NCBI GenBank assembly: GCA_015486105.1
Contig: WFSI01000149.1
Location: forward strand, 1 to 55,432
From: Aquificota bacterium
Lineage (GTDB): Bacteria > Thermosulfidibacterota > Thermosulfidibacteria > Thermosulfidibacterales > B14-G1
Direction: 5' to 3'
Length of the DNA: 55,432 nucleotides
The position numbers were made by a program, and so were the translations under genes. The notes below the pieces were generated by a model, which saw only the letters and a program-made list of their open reading frames with translations, did no database searches and was not told the origin of the DNA. Within the stretch, counting starts at the first letter, position 1. Each line of letters begins with the position of its first letter. Below are positions 16,654 to 25,753 of the stretch, piece by piece.

Positions 16654-17105
16654 GACACCTCGGCATCCTCCGGCGGGAAGGGCTTGTCGAAGTGGTAGCT
16701 CACACCTTTAGCCAGGGCGATCCTTTCTCCCTTATCGCCGATCACTTCCATGAGGTAGAGGCCAATTGCCTTGCCACTCTTAATCTCCCTGGCCTCCGCT
16801 ACAAGTTCATCACCCAAATTGGCAGCCTCGAAGAGGCTCATGTTCACCTCTATGGCAAAACCCAGCCTACCATGGCTGTTACCGGCTATGGCAAAGGCAA
16901 AATCACATAAGGAAAATAACACACCATCGTGGCAAACTCCTGCAGCGTTTAAATGTTTGTTCTCCACAGTCAAGGCCACCCTGGCATACCCAGGAGCCAC
17001 ATCCAATACCCGGATCCCAAGGAGCCCCCTGAGCCTGTCACGCTGGAAGGTATACTCCCCCACCTTTTTAGCTGTAGCCCTTCTCTGGTCCTTCTCCATC
17101 TCCAT
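16650..17105 (-). CDS. PaaI-family hotdog-fold thioesterase, copy 2
   Basis: LNAAGVCHDGVLFSLCDFAFAIA. Alignable end to end with 14578-15015, including the shared C-terminus FDKPFPPE. Start chosen at MEMEKD (17105) to avoid overlap with the upstream gene. Confidence 0.75.
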   Translation of the reverse strand: MEMEKDQRRATAKKVGEYTFQRDRLRGLLGIRVLDVAPGYARVALTVENKHLNAAGVCHDGVLFSLCDFAFAIAGNSHGRLGFAIEVNMSLFEAANLGDELVAEAREIKSGKAIGLYLMEVIGDKGERIALAKGVSYHFDKPFPPEDAEVS

Positions 17106-17145
17106 CGGCCCAGGTCTTCCATAAAAATCTGAAAGAGATTCTTTG

Positions 17146-17790
17146 TTACTTCCTGACCTCCGCCCAAAAACCCGCCTTATCAGGGATGATGCAATAGTTA
17201 GAGATATTAGCTTTGCGTAAAACATCTTCCAGTCTCTCGAGGGAAGCATAGGCTACAGCCGCCTCCCCCAGGGAACGATCCCTAAGGGTTTTCATCCTCT
17301 TTAAATCCTCATCGGTGACATATCGGCCGAAGCCACCGCCCACAAAGGCGATGCCCCCTTTCTTCAACACCCTGTAAATTTCCTTGAACACCTGCACCTT
17401 ATCATCCCAACAGTGGTAAGCACCCCTGCTGATTATGAAATCGGCGAACTCGTCATCGAAGGGGAGATCATTGGCATCACCCAACACGGGGGTTATCCTA
17501 CCCATAAGGCCCTCCTCCTCTATATTCATGCAGGCCACCTCGTATATGGCCTTCTCTTTCTCCAAGGCATATATCTTTAGCTTGGTGCCCTTGCACAACT
17601 CGATGGCAAAGATTGCCGTACCGGCCCCCACATCCACACATACGCCCTCCAGATCGCCATAATCCTCAATAATCTGACTGACGGTAGAACGTATGGCCGG
17701 CATAAAGTTCTCTCTCACCTTCTTATCGAAGTCCTTAGCCTTTTTAAGATCCATCTTGCTGTATTCAGCAGGAATCCGCTCATCAGACAT
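17146..17790 (-). CDS. Class I SAM-dependent methyltransferase
   Basis: 214 aa with motif I VDVGAGTAIFAIEL and an acidic loop ending in ALEKE. Confidence 0.8.
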   Translation of the reverse strand: MSDERIPAEYSKMDLKKAKDFDKKVRENFMPAIRSTVSQIIEDYGDLEGVCVDVGAGTAIFAIELCKGTKLKIYALEKEKAIYEVACMNIEEEGLMGRITPVLGDANDLPFDDEFADFIISRGAYHCWDDKVQVFKEIYRVLKKGGIAFVGGGFGRYVTDEDLKRMKTLRDRSLGEAAVAYASLERLEDVLRKANISNYCIIPDKAGFWAEVRK

Positions 17791-17916
17791 AATTATGTCC
17801 TCCTTTCACCCCTAAGTAGCTTTTTAAACATTTTTTTCTCATCCTCCACTTTTTCAACAGGTTAAGGTACGCGGGTTCCAAATACGAGCCCAACGACGTG
17901 TTAAACCAGACATTTC

Positions 17917-17949
17917 AAAAGGGGCAGGTGTTCCTCCCCCGCCCCTTTT
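17917..17949 (-). terminator. Intrinsic (bidirectional-type) terminator after the FadL-like gene
   Basis: AAAAGGGGC-15 nt-GCCCCTTTT. On the minus strand the stem is followed by TTTTGAAAT. Begins 17 nt after the stop at 17966. Confidence 0.6.
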
Positions 17950-17965
17950 GAGTCCCCAAACCAAA

Positions 17966-19630
17966 TTAGAACTTATAGGTAAGGGTAAGAGCAAAGTTAT
18001 GGACATAGCCCCATCCCTTCGCCTTTGCCTCAGGATGCTCATCCTCTGTGCCATAGGTTTCATCAAGGTTTTCGCTTCTTCCGTAGTCGATTATTTTGTG
18101 ACCTTCAATCATGGTATACTGATAAGCCAAATCCGCTATTACTTTCCCATGAAAGAGCTTGAGACCAGTACCCAAGGAAAATATGTGCTTACTCGCCCCA
18201 GGCCAGGTGGTATCATAGGTGTTGTGGGGCACAGAACAAGGATCATAGAAGTATCCACCCCTTAAAGCCAACCAGTTGAAAAGCTGATACTGTACTCCAA
18301 TCTTGGGTTGGATCATGTTCTTCCAGTGACGAGGATAATACTTCTTATCCCCAGGGCTAAGGGCCTTGGCAATATTGCTGGGAACCCCGTTATTCACAAA
18401 ATAATCATACAAAAGCCTATTGTTCCAGTGAACCCGGTAATGATGTATTCGAGCCCAGTTCACCCACTTCAGATCAGCTTCTATAGACAATTTAGGAATA
18501 GGCCTGTAGAGAATACCAAACTCGAGCTGGTCTGGATGATCTATCCACGTATGTCCGCTGGCCTCGTCTATCTCGTTCCCTGAGCCATCGTACATCTTCG
18601 TTTTTAGGAAAAACCGGGTCTGGGCCAATCCCCTGTAAGTCAACCCCACCTGGAGCTTATCACTAAACCTATAAATCACACCTATGTTAAAGGACCAGTT
18701 GAAATCATCCGTAGCTCTGGTTCGCATCTTGCCGTCTTTGAGTCTGGCCAACAGGGGAGAGACCTTCACCTTTACAAAGTTTTCAGCAAACTCCGGATTT
18801 GAGGAGGCCAAACCCTGAACAAGGTTGAGAAAGCCCTGAACAGCAGCAGGATTCCCAGCCAAAACCTGGTTCAGGTCAATGCCATTGGCAGCAGCCAAGG
18901 CCTGGAGGTTAGGGTCCTGGCTGAACATGAGATAAGCGGCAGCCGTATCGGGCACAAGAGATGAAGTAGCAGGGGTCTGGAAGAATGGTAGGGATCCGAA
19001 ATGGTAGGTGTAACTCCCAAAGCCTCCGGCTGTTGCCATAGTCAGGGGACTCATGTAAATCCTGCGCATGACACCAGAATGGGAGTCTCCAAAAGCCAAG
19101 CCCACTCCTATAAAGAGTTTCTTAGTAAGTTGAATGGCAAAGGTGGGAGACGCCCTCACCACCCTGTAATAATAAGACTGGTAGCTGTTATAGGCACCTG
19201 AATTATCCCGAGGGTTAGAGTTCCACCTAAGCCAGAATCCATAAGGCACATAGGTGGCCACACCAAAAGCAGCTTTCTTCCCAAAGAGCTTAAAAGGATA
19301 TACCACGCCTCCATGTGGATAAATCAATATCTGGGTACTGTCCGCCACGCTGGTCTTATGGCCCGAATCATGATCATTATGATAATCCAGTTTCATGCTC
19401 ACGGCAGGGTTGACAAAGGAAGATCCCACAGAGACTTGAGGCCTCTCAAGCTGGGCGATACCCGCCGGGTTGTAATACATGGCAGAAAAATCATCGGCCC
19501 GGGCGGTGAAAGCGGTACCCAAAGCAATAGCCTTGGCCCCGACCCCATAGGTATCAACAATATCCCCATAAGCTGAGATGGTGGCCACGAAAAAAAAGAC
19601 AAAAGCCAAAAACCCCCATACCCTTCTCAC
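17966..19630 (-). CDS. Outer-membrane hydrophobic-compound channel, FadL/TodX (OMPP1) family
   Basis: 554 aa. Signal peptide MRRVWGFLAFVFFFVATISAYG, N-terminal GxGAKAIALGTAFTARADD hatch motif, alternating beta-strand pattern, C-terminal LTLTYKF. Confidence 0.8.
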   Translation of the reverse strand: MRRVWGFLAFVFFFVATISAYGDIVDTYGVGAKAIALGTAFTARADDFSAMYYNPAGIAQLERPQVSVGSSFVNPAVSMKLDYHNDHDSGHKTSVADSTQILIYPHGGVVYPFKLFGKKAAFGVATYVPYGFWLRWNSNPRDNSGAYNSYQSYYYRVVRASPTFAIQLTKKLFIGVGLAFGDSHSGVMRRIYMSPLTMATAGGFGSYTYHFGSLPFFQTPATSSLVPDTAAAYLMFSQDPNLQALAAANGIDLNQVLAGNPAAVQGFLNLVQGLASSNPEFAENFVKVKVSPLLARLKDGKMRTRATDDFNWSFNIGVIYRFSDKLQVGLTYRGLAQTRFFLKTKMYDGSGNEIDEASGHTWIDHPDQLEFGILYRPIPKLSIEADLKWVNWARIHHYRVHWNNRLLYDYFVNNGVPSNIAKALSPGDKKYYPRHWKNMIQPKIGVQYQLFNWLALRGGYFYDPCSVPHNTYDTTWPGASKHIFSLGTGLKLFHGKVIADLAYQYTMIEGHKIIDYGRSENLDETYGTEDEHPEAKAKGWGYVHNFALTLTYKF

Positions 19631-19654
19631 AACTCCACCTCCACGCTGTAGTTT

Positions 19655-21340
19655 TTAATCCCCATCCTTACCTTCCCTTTTCAAAAGCTCTTTTTCTCTC
19701 AACTCTCTCCTCAAAACCTTACCTATCATGGATTTAGGTAGGTCTTTAACAAATTCCACTTCCTTAGGCAATTTGTAAGGAGCGAGTCTCTCTTTGCAAA
19801 ACTCTATCACCTCTTCCTCCGTCAACTCACATCCTTCTTTAGAAACCACATAGGCCTTCACCACTTCTCCCTTATACCCGTGGGGAACACCTATAACCGC
19901 TGCTTCCAGGATACGAGGATGCTCGTATAGCACCTCTTCCACCTCCCTGGGATATATATTGTATCCACCAGATATTATCATATCCTTCTTTCTATCCACT
20001 ATATAGAAGTACCCATCCTCATCCATACGGGCCATATCCCCCGTATGAAGCCATCCCTTCCTTAGGACCTGGGCAGTTTCATCAGGCCTGTTCCAGTAGC
20101 CTTTCATCACTTGAGGACCCTTCACGGCCAACTCCCCCACCTCTCCTTTAAGAAGGCCCTCTCCCGTATAAGGATCCACTACCTTGGCCTCCGTATCTGG
20201 GAAAGGTATCCCTATGGAACCAAACCTGCGCCTATTCCACACAGGGTTAGCATGGGTGACAGGAGATGCCTCTGAGAGACCGTAGCCCTCCACCACTCTG
20301 CCCCCTGTAATGCGCTCAAATTCCTGAGCCACCTCCACAGGCAAAGGGGCTCCTCCACTGATGCAAACATCTACGGAAGAGAGATCCACCTTCCTTTGAG
20401 AGGCATATTCGTTTATAGCCACATAAATAGTAGGGACACCGGGAAACATTGTAACCCTGTACTTACCTATAAGCCTCACCACCTCCTTCACATCGAAGCG
20501 GGGCACCAGTATCAGGGTTGATCCCATGTAAAACCCCACATTCATGGCCGCTGTCATACCATAGACATGAAAGAAAGGCAGCACGCACAGAACCACTTCC
20601 TTGCCTTCCTGGGACTTATAGGTCCAAGCCCTGGTCTGGATTGTATTGGCCACCAGGTTGGCATGGGTAAGCATGGCTGCCTTAGCCAGCCCTGTGGTGC
20701 CCCCCGTATACTGAAAAACCGCCACATCTTCCTGAGGATCCACTTCTACCAAACGAAGGTCCCTCTCCTCCCTGATCAAAGGGATAAAATCTATCACCTT
20801 GTTCCCCCATTTACCCCTGTTCAGCTTAGGCTCTTTTCTAACCTTCAAAGGAAAAAGGAGATTCAAGGGAAAGGGCAAAAAGTCTTGGAGCTTGGCCATT
20901 ATGAGGGCATCTACCATCCCTTCAGCCAGAATAGTTTCAAATTTATAGGCCAGAAGATCCAGAGTAATCACTACCCTGGCCCCTGAATCCTTGAGGAGGA
21001 GATCCAACTCCCGAGGGGTGTACATAGGATTAAACTGAACCACCACAGCCCCAATCTTCAAAAGGGCATAGTAAGCCATGGGATAGGCTGGACAGTTGGG
21101 CAAAAAAAGGGCAACCTTGTCTCCTTTATCCACACCCAATGCCTGGAGAGAAGCCGCCAGATTGAGGGTATAGCGATAAAGCTCTCTGTATCTAATCCTT
21201 TTTCCAAAAAAGACCAGGGCTTCCCTCTCTCCGGATACCCCCATACCCCTCTCCAACATGGAAAAAGCGTTAACCAAGGGATAATCCAAATGGGGTGGTA
21301 CCTCCTGGGGATAGAACCTCAACCAGGGTTTCTCCATCAT
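19655..21340 (-). CDS. Long-chain fatty acid--CoA ligase (AMP-forming, FadD-like)
   Basis: 561 aa. AMP-binding motif YTGGTTGLAKAAMLTH, plus GYGLSEASP, WLHTGDMARMDEDGYFYIVDRKKD and GKVLRREL. Confidence 0.9.
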   Translation of the reverse strand: MMEKPWLRFYPQEVPPHLDYPLVNAFSMLERGMGVSGEREALVFFGKRIRYRELYRYTLNLAASLQALGVDKGDKVALFLPNCPAYPMAYYALLKIGAVVVQFNPMYTPRELDLLLKDSGARVVITLDLLAYKFETILAEGMVDALIMAKLQDFLPFPLNLLFPLKVRKEPKLNRGKWGNKVIDFIPLIREERDLRLVEVDPQEDVAVFQYTGGTTGLAKAAMLTHANLVANTIQTRAWTYKSQEGKEVVLCVLPFFHVYGMTAAMNVGFYMGSTLILVPRFDVKEVVRLIGKYRVTMFPGVPTIYVAINEYASQRKVDLSSVDVCISGGAPLPVEVAQEFERITGGRVVEGYGLSEASPVTHANPVWNRRRFGSIGIPFPDTEAKVVDPYTGEGLLKGEVGELAVKGPQVMKGYWNRPDETAQVLRKGWLHTGDMARMDEDGYFYIVDRKKDMIISGGYNIYPREVEEVLYEHPRILEAAVIGVPHGYKGEVVKAYVVSKEGCELTEEEVIEFCKERLAPYKLPKEVEFVKDLPKSMIGKVLRRELREKELLKREGKDGD

Positions 21341-22035
21341 TTATCCCCTTTAAAGGCTAAGCCCTTGGATATCTTTTGGTAGGTAAGCCCCTTATTGATT
21401 TGAACATCTTTGCATTCCAATCGGTAAAGCAAGGTGCCATCCTTTCCATACCTCTCCCACACCACAGGGAAAAGCTGGCTATCGAAAACTATTTTCTCTG
21501 AAAAGATGTCACCATGGTAGGGAGTAGAACTCTTGCAAGACAGAGTGACGGGAGTACCCAGCCCCACCCCACATTGACCATGGTCCACATAGGGCTTGAG
21601 TTGGGAAAGAATGTGCCCGAAAGTGGTCTCATCCATCCTCACCCCCCGGATGGAGGTCACCCGCTTATCCGTGGGACTCAAAGTGAGAACCACAAAGGAA
21701 AAAAAACCTCCCTTGTGTCCTCGAACCTTGTTCCTATGGGGATCGTAAAAAGCCACTCCTCCCTTCCCCTTGCCCTTTATAACCTTCATGCGAACGTACC
21801 CTGGCTTCAGATACCAATACTCATAGGTCTTATACTCTTCCTTATCCCCCAACCTGTTGTAAGAGTCCATTGTGCAAGTGTAGTCCCTCACCCCCTGCCA
21901 GACCTGGAAGACCTGCCCATAGAAAACCTGGGCACCCTCCTGGGCCTTAAGAACCCCCGCCCCAATAAGGAGAAGAACCATAACCAATCCACAGAACCTA
22001 TGATTCTTCATCACTTCCATCCCTCCTCTTCCCAA
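21337..22035 (-). CDS. Secreted LolA-fold / DUF1571-like protein (function unknown)
   Basis: 232 aa with a signal peptide (FCGLVMVLLLIGAGVLKAQEG). YEYWYLKPGYVRMKVIKGKGKG resembles lipoprotein-carrier-like DUF1571 proteins. The stop overlaps the ligase start (ATGA). Confidence 0.5.
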   Translation of the reverse strand: MGRGGMEVMKNHRFCGLVMVLLLIGAGVLKAQEGAQVFYGQVFQVWQGVRDYTCTMDSYNRLGDKEEYKTYEYWYLKPGYVRMKVIKGKGKGGVAFYDPHRNKVRGHKGGFFSFVVLTLSPTDKRVTSIRGVRMDETTFGHILSQLKPYVDHGQCGVGLGTPVTLSCKSSTPYHGDIFSEKIVFDSQLFPVVWERYGKDGTLLYRLECKDVQINKGLTYQKISKGLAFKGDK

Positions 22036-22565
22036 GGTCCATAAATGAATGAGCCTTCACTCATTTTAACCAAGATGCTCAACTCCATCTACCATCCCAC
22101 ATCGCGCCTTATCCACTCAACAGAGAGAGGAACCCGTCTCTAATGGGAACCTCATTCCCCTCATTAAAATATTTTCTTATCACAGTAGAACCCCTCTTCA
22201 AAGGGGATCTTTTCCATGGCCCTTTCCTCGTCACCTACCCAGCAACACCCTCAAGAGCCTCAAGGCCCCTTTCAGCACAAAGTACTTCAAGTCCGCCCTA
22301 TTCCTCACCCGTTTGCTTAGGGAAAGAGGGAAAAGCTCTTTTCATCTGACGGCCAGATAGGAAGATTACTAAACAGTAACTCGAGGAAGGATAGATCTCT
22401 GCCAACACCTCTTTCGTAGCTGGATTAAGTGAAAACTACGGGGATTCCACAAGGCCACCCCCTCTGTCCTCTTTAAAAAAGCAATGTAACCGATGGAGCA
22501 CATCATTGACAATAAAAGAATCAGGCCTATCTTTGGGAAACGAGCATTATACATAACAAGGATTA

Positions 22566-22781
22566 ATGGGAGAGAAGATGCACAGAGAGGAAAGAGAGAG
22601 ATTCATACCCTGCAAAACATGCCCCTTTCTGGCAGGCATAAAGGGCGACAGGATACTATGCCTAAATCCCCAGGTGACAGGGATGGAGGGGGTACCCGTG
22701 CCCATCTCCTTAGACCATAAGCCCCCCTGTCCTTACCAAGAAGAGATGGAAAAAACGCGTCAGGAGAAATCAATATTCTAA
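22566..22781 (+). CDS. Possible small Cys-containing protein (hypothetical)
   Basis: 71-codon ORF in a 775-bp gap. The local plus strand is purine-rich like real coding strands here. Four Cys (CKTC...C...C). I recognise no homology. Confidence 0.2.
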   Translation: MGEKMHREERERFIPCKTCPFLAGIKGDRILCLNPQVTGMEGVPVPISLDHKPPCPYQEEMEKTRQEKSIF

Positions 22782-22810
22782 TGGTATAACCAGTGCCAAG
22801 GGATAACCCC

Positions 22811-23674
22811 CTATCCCTTCACTCTCTCTTTAAGCCATTTTTCGTGAAGCTCCACATTAGAAGACCACTGGACCTCCCCTTTTCTCAGATGCTTCAAGGC
22901 CCTAATCAGTCTCTTAAGATGAAAAAGCCAGAGGAAAAACTCCCCCTCGTCCCGGGTAAATCCCCAGGCCTCAAAGACCCCCTCTCCCACTTCCGGAAAA
23001 TGAAACAAAAGGGGGGCCACATCCATCAAGGGATGCCCAAAACGGGCCCTGTCCAAATCTATGAAAGCAGGCCCATCCCCCCTCCTTCGAATATTGGAAA
23101 GGGCAATATCCCCGTGGAGAAGGCTGAACACGGAGAGGCCCCTCACCTTGCCCGCCATTTCCTGAACCCAGACGAGATAGGAACCTACATCCCTCTCCCT
23201 CCACCTGGACCATCTCTCCAAACGGGACTGGACCTTAGACAGCTCCACCTTAAGCCAATCACCTCCCCTTCCCCATAGGGGGTCTCCCCATCGGCTTCTC
23301 TTGATAGAGTGAAAAACTTTAAGAACATCCACTACAGCCCTTCCATCTCCCTCCCATGGAGGAAGCCACTCTTCAAAAGTAAAAGCTATAACACCCTTCA
23401 CAACCAGAAAAGGATCCACCGCAAACCGGTAAAGGGCGGGCACCTCCACTCCAGCTCCTTTGCAGAGCCTGTGAACTTTCAAGGTCCTGGCCAAGACCAA
23501 AGGATCCCTGTAAAGGCGAAGAATCCCCCTGCCGCCTTGGCCTTCTATCATAAAAACCAACCCCTTTTTGCCCTTGGCCATGGGTAGGATATCCTCAACA
23601 GGCCCCAGGGGTAAAAGGGACCTGCCCAAAAACCTCTTTCGCAAAAGGGGAATCCAGCCCTGGCGATCCCTCAT
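22811..23674 (-). CDS. Lipopolysaccharide kinase (Kdo/WaaP) / APH-like protein kinase-fold enzyme
   Basis: 287 aa. Catalytic loop LLHGDIALSNI and metal-binding FIDLDRARFG. Translationally coupled to the glycosyltransferase genes. Confidence 0.65.
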   Translation of the reverse strand: MRDRQGWIPLLRKRFLGRSLLPLGPVEDILPMAKGKKGLVFMIEGQGGRGILRLYRDPLVLARTLKVHRLCKGAGVEVPALYRFAVDPFLVVKGVIAFTFEEWLPPWEGDGRAVVDVLKVFHSIKRSRWGDPLWGRGGDWLKVELSKVQSRLERWSRWRERDVGSYLVWVQEMAGKVRGLSVFSLLHGDIALSNIRRRGDGPAFIDLDRARFGHPLMDVAPLLFHFPEVGEGVFEAWGFTRDEGEFFLWLFHLKRLIRALKHLRKGEVQWSSNVELHEKWLKERVKG

Positions 23675-24783
23675 ACCTTCTCCAAAAGCTCCCTGTAATA
23701 GGCCTCCATGATAAAGGCCCTATGCCCATGGGAGAAACGCCTCTCCATCAACGCCCTGCCCCTTTCCCCCATGCCATCTCTCAGATCCCCATCCTCCAAA
23801 AGAAGAGCCATGGCCTTGGCCAAAAGGGCAGAATCCCCAGGGGGCACCAAAAGGCCCGTCTCTCTGTGAAGGATCACCTCCCCGGCCCCCGCTACGTCAG
23901 AAGCCACCACGGGACGGCCCGAAGCCAAGGCCTCTCTCAAAACCCCGGGCAGCCCCTCTCCCTCTAAGGAAGGAGCAACCAAAAAGCGGGATGCGGCTAT
24001 CACCAGCTCCACATCCCCCCTATATCCTAGGAAAAGAATGCGGCTTCCCAAGCCCATCTCATCAACCCTCTCTTTGAAAGCCTTGTAGGTTCTTCCCCGG
24101 GTTTTACCTGCCAGAAGAACCCTAAGGCCCGGATAATCCTTTGACAACCAGGACACGGCCTCAGCCAGGATGAAATGCCCCTTCCAAGGCCTGAACTGGG
24201 CCACCATGGCTACGTAGTCAAAGGAAGGATCCAGATCCAACCTTTTGCAAGCCTCCAACCTGCCCCTGGGATAAAAACGCTCCAGATCCACACCCCCATG
24301 AATCACCCTGATCTTTCTCCCAGGAATCCCTGAAGCCTTCAGCACATCACAGACGCTTTCGGATACAGCCACCACCCCTCTGGTGCGAGGAACCAGGTAC
24401 TTCCATTTGTTCCAGAAGGAAAGGGGGAAACTCACTCCCCTATTGGCCACAATCACAGGAGGAGACTTCACACCCACAGTGGAGAAAAGGGCCAGGCTAT
24501 GAGCCAGTCCTTTATGGGCATGAATCACCTGAATCCCCTCCCTTTTCACAAACCCTCTGAGTCTTCCAACGGAAGCCAAATCCAGATTCCCCTTCATAGG
24601 CAAAGGGAGAAAGGGAATACCCATATCCCTACACCTTCTCTGGGCACTTCCTCCAGGTTTGGCAGCAAACCAGATCACGTGGCCCCTCTTCTGAAGGCCC
24701 AGGGCCAGTGCTAAAGCCTGGAGCCCTCCCCCCGAATCACAGTTACTCCGAGATATGATCTGGAGTATGTTAAGCCTCTCCAT
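23671..24783 (-). CDS. Glycosyltransferase family 4 (GT-B, RfaG/WaaG-like)
   Basis: 370 aa with C-terminal EGLPGVLREALASGRPVVASDVAG...GLLVPPGD, the E-x7-E region. Confidence 0.85.
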   Translation of the reverse strand: MERLNILQIISRSNCDSGGGLQALALALGLQKRGHVIWFAAKPGGSAQRRCRDMGIPFLPLPMKGNLDLASVGRLRGFVKREGIQVIHAHKGLAHSLALFSTVGVKSPPVIVANRGVSFPLSFWNKWKYLVPRTRGVVAVSESVCDVLKASGIPGRKIRVIHGGVDLERFYPRGRLEACKRLDLDPSFDYVAMVAQFRPWKGHFILAEAVSWLSKDYPGLRVLLAGKTRGRTYKAFKERVDEMGLGSRILFLGYRGDVELVIAASRFLVAPSLEGEGLPGVLREALASGRPVVASDVAGAGEVILHRETGLLVPPGDSALLAKAMALLLEDGDLRDGMGERGRALMERRFSHGHRAFIMEAYYRELLEKV

Positions 24784-25753
24784 TCTCCACCGCCTTTACA
24801 AAATGTGCCATACGAGCTTTAAGGGAGAATCTCCGGGCCCACCTGGCATTGAGAATGCCCTCTTTTCTGGTTTCCAAAGGATTCAAAGCAAAAAAGGTCA
24901 AGGCATCTTCCAGATTTTTCTCACTCACGGAAAGGCTCCAGGGAGAAATGATGAAAGGAACACCCCCCCGGGGCACAGCCAGAATCACTAATCCAGAAGC
25001 CATAGCCTCCAAAACCGTCCTGGCCGTGGCCTCCGACCCCACAGAGAGATAAACCAAAAGGTGGTATCCCCTCAAAAAAGCAGGATAGCCTTCCACCCTA
25101 CGAGGTACCCACTGACACTGACCCTTAACCTCCAGGGCCATAGCTAACGCCTTCACCCTTCCTAAGGTCTCACCTCCCCCTTTGAAGGCGACAGGGATGG
25201 AAACAGGCATCCTGGACACGGCCTCCAACAACCGCTCCTGTCCCCGCCCAGGCTTCATTCTTGATACCATGACTACGGAAAAAGGGCCTTTCCCCCTTCT
25301 TTTAGGAAAAAAGAGAGCAGGATCCACCCCCCCTGGCAACCAGTACACCTTACCTTTCCAAGACAAAAGAGGCACAAAAGGAGAAAAGATCCCAGAGGTC
25401 AAGCACGCTAAAATACGGTTCCAGGGAAGATCCTTTGGGGGATGGGGTCTATACCATAGGCGGTAGACGGGTTTCATCAACCCCCACATAAGCGCAGACC
25501 ACCAGTGATCATGGGAACGGGAGGCAAACACTGCCTGGGCCTGTTTACCATACCGTAATAGTGAAGCAAGGGAAAAGGGGTAAACACTTACACCCCCCTT
25601 CCGGGCCTCCTGGGCAAGACTGCCTCCTTTACACAAGAAAACCACGTCCTTACCTGCAGCCCTTAGGGAACAAGCCAAGGAAAGGGTAGGCTGAGAAACC
25701 CCTGTCACTTTAGAAGAAGGAACCGTGAAAAGGTATGGGCCTTTATCCACCAA
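24770..25753 (-). CDS. Glycosyltransferase, GT-B fold, divergent
   Basis: 327 aa. ARTVLEAMASGLVILAVPRGG resembles the GT4 nucleotide-sugar site. Operon context with the neighbouring GT4 and kinase genes. Confidence 0.6.
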   Translation of the reverse strand: MVDKGPYLFTVPSSKVTGVSQPTLSLACSLRAAGKDVVFLCKGGSLAQEARKGGVSVYPFSLASLLRYGKQAQAVFASRSHDHWWSALMWGLMKPVYRLWYRPHPPKDLPWNRILACLTSGIFSPFVPLLSWKGKVYWLPGGVDPALFFPKRRGKGPFSVVMVSRMKPGRGQERLLEAVSRMPVSIPVAFKGGGETLGRVKALAMALEVKGQCQWVPRRVEGYPAFLRGYHLLVYLSVGSEATARTVLEAMASGLVILAVPRGGVPFIISPWSLSVSEKNLEDALTFFALNPLETRKEGILNARWARRFSLKARMAHFVKAVENGEA

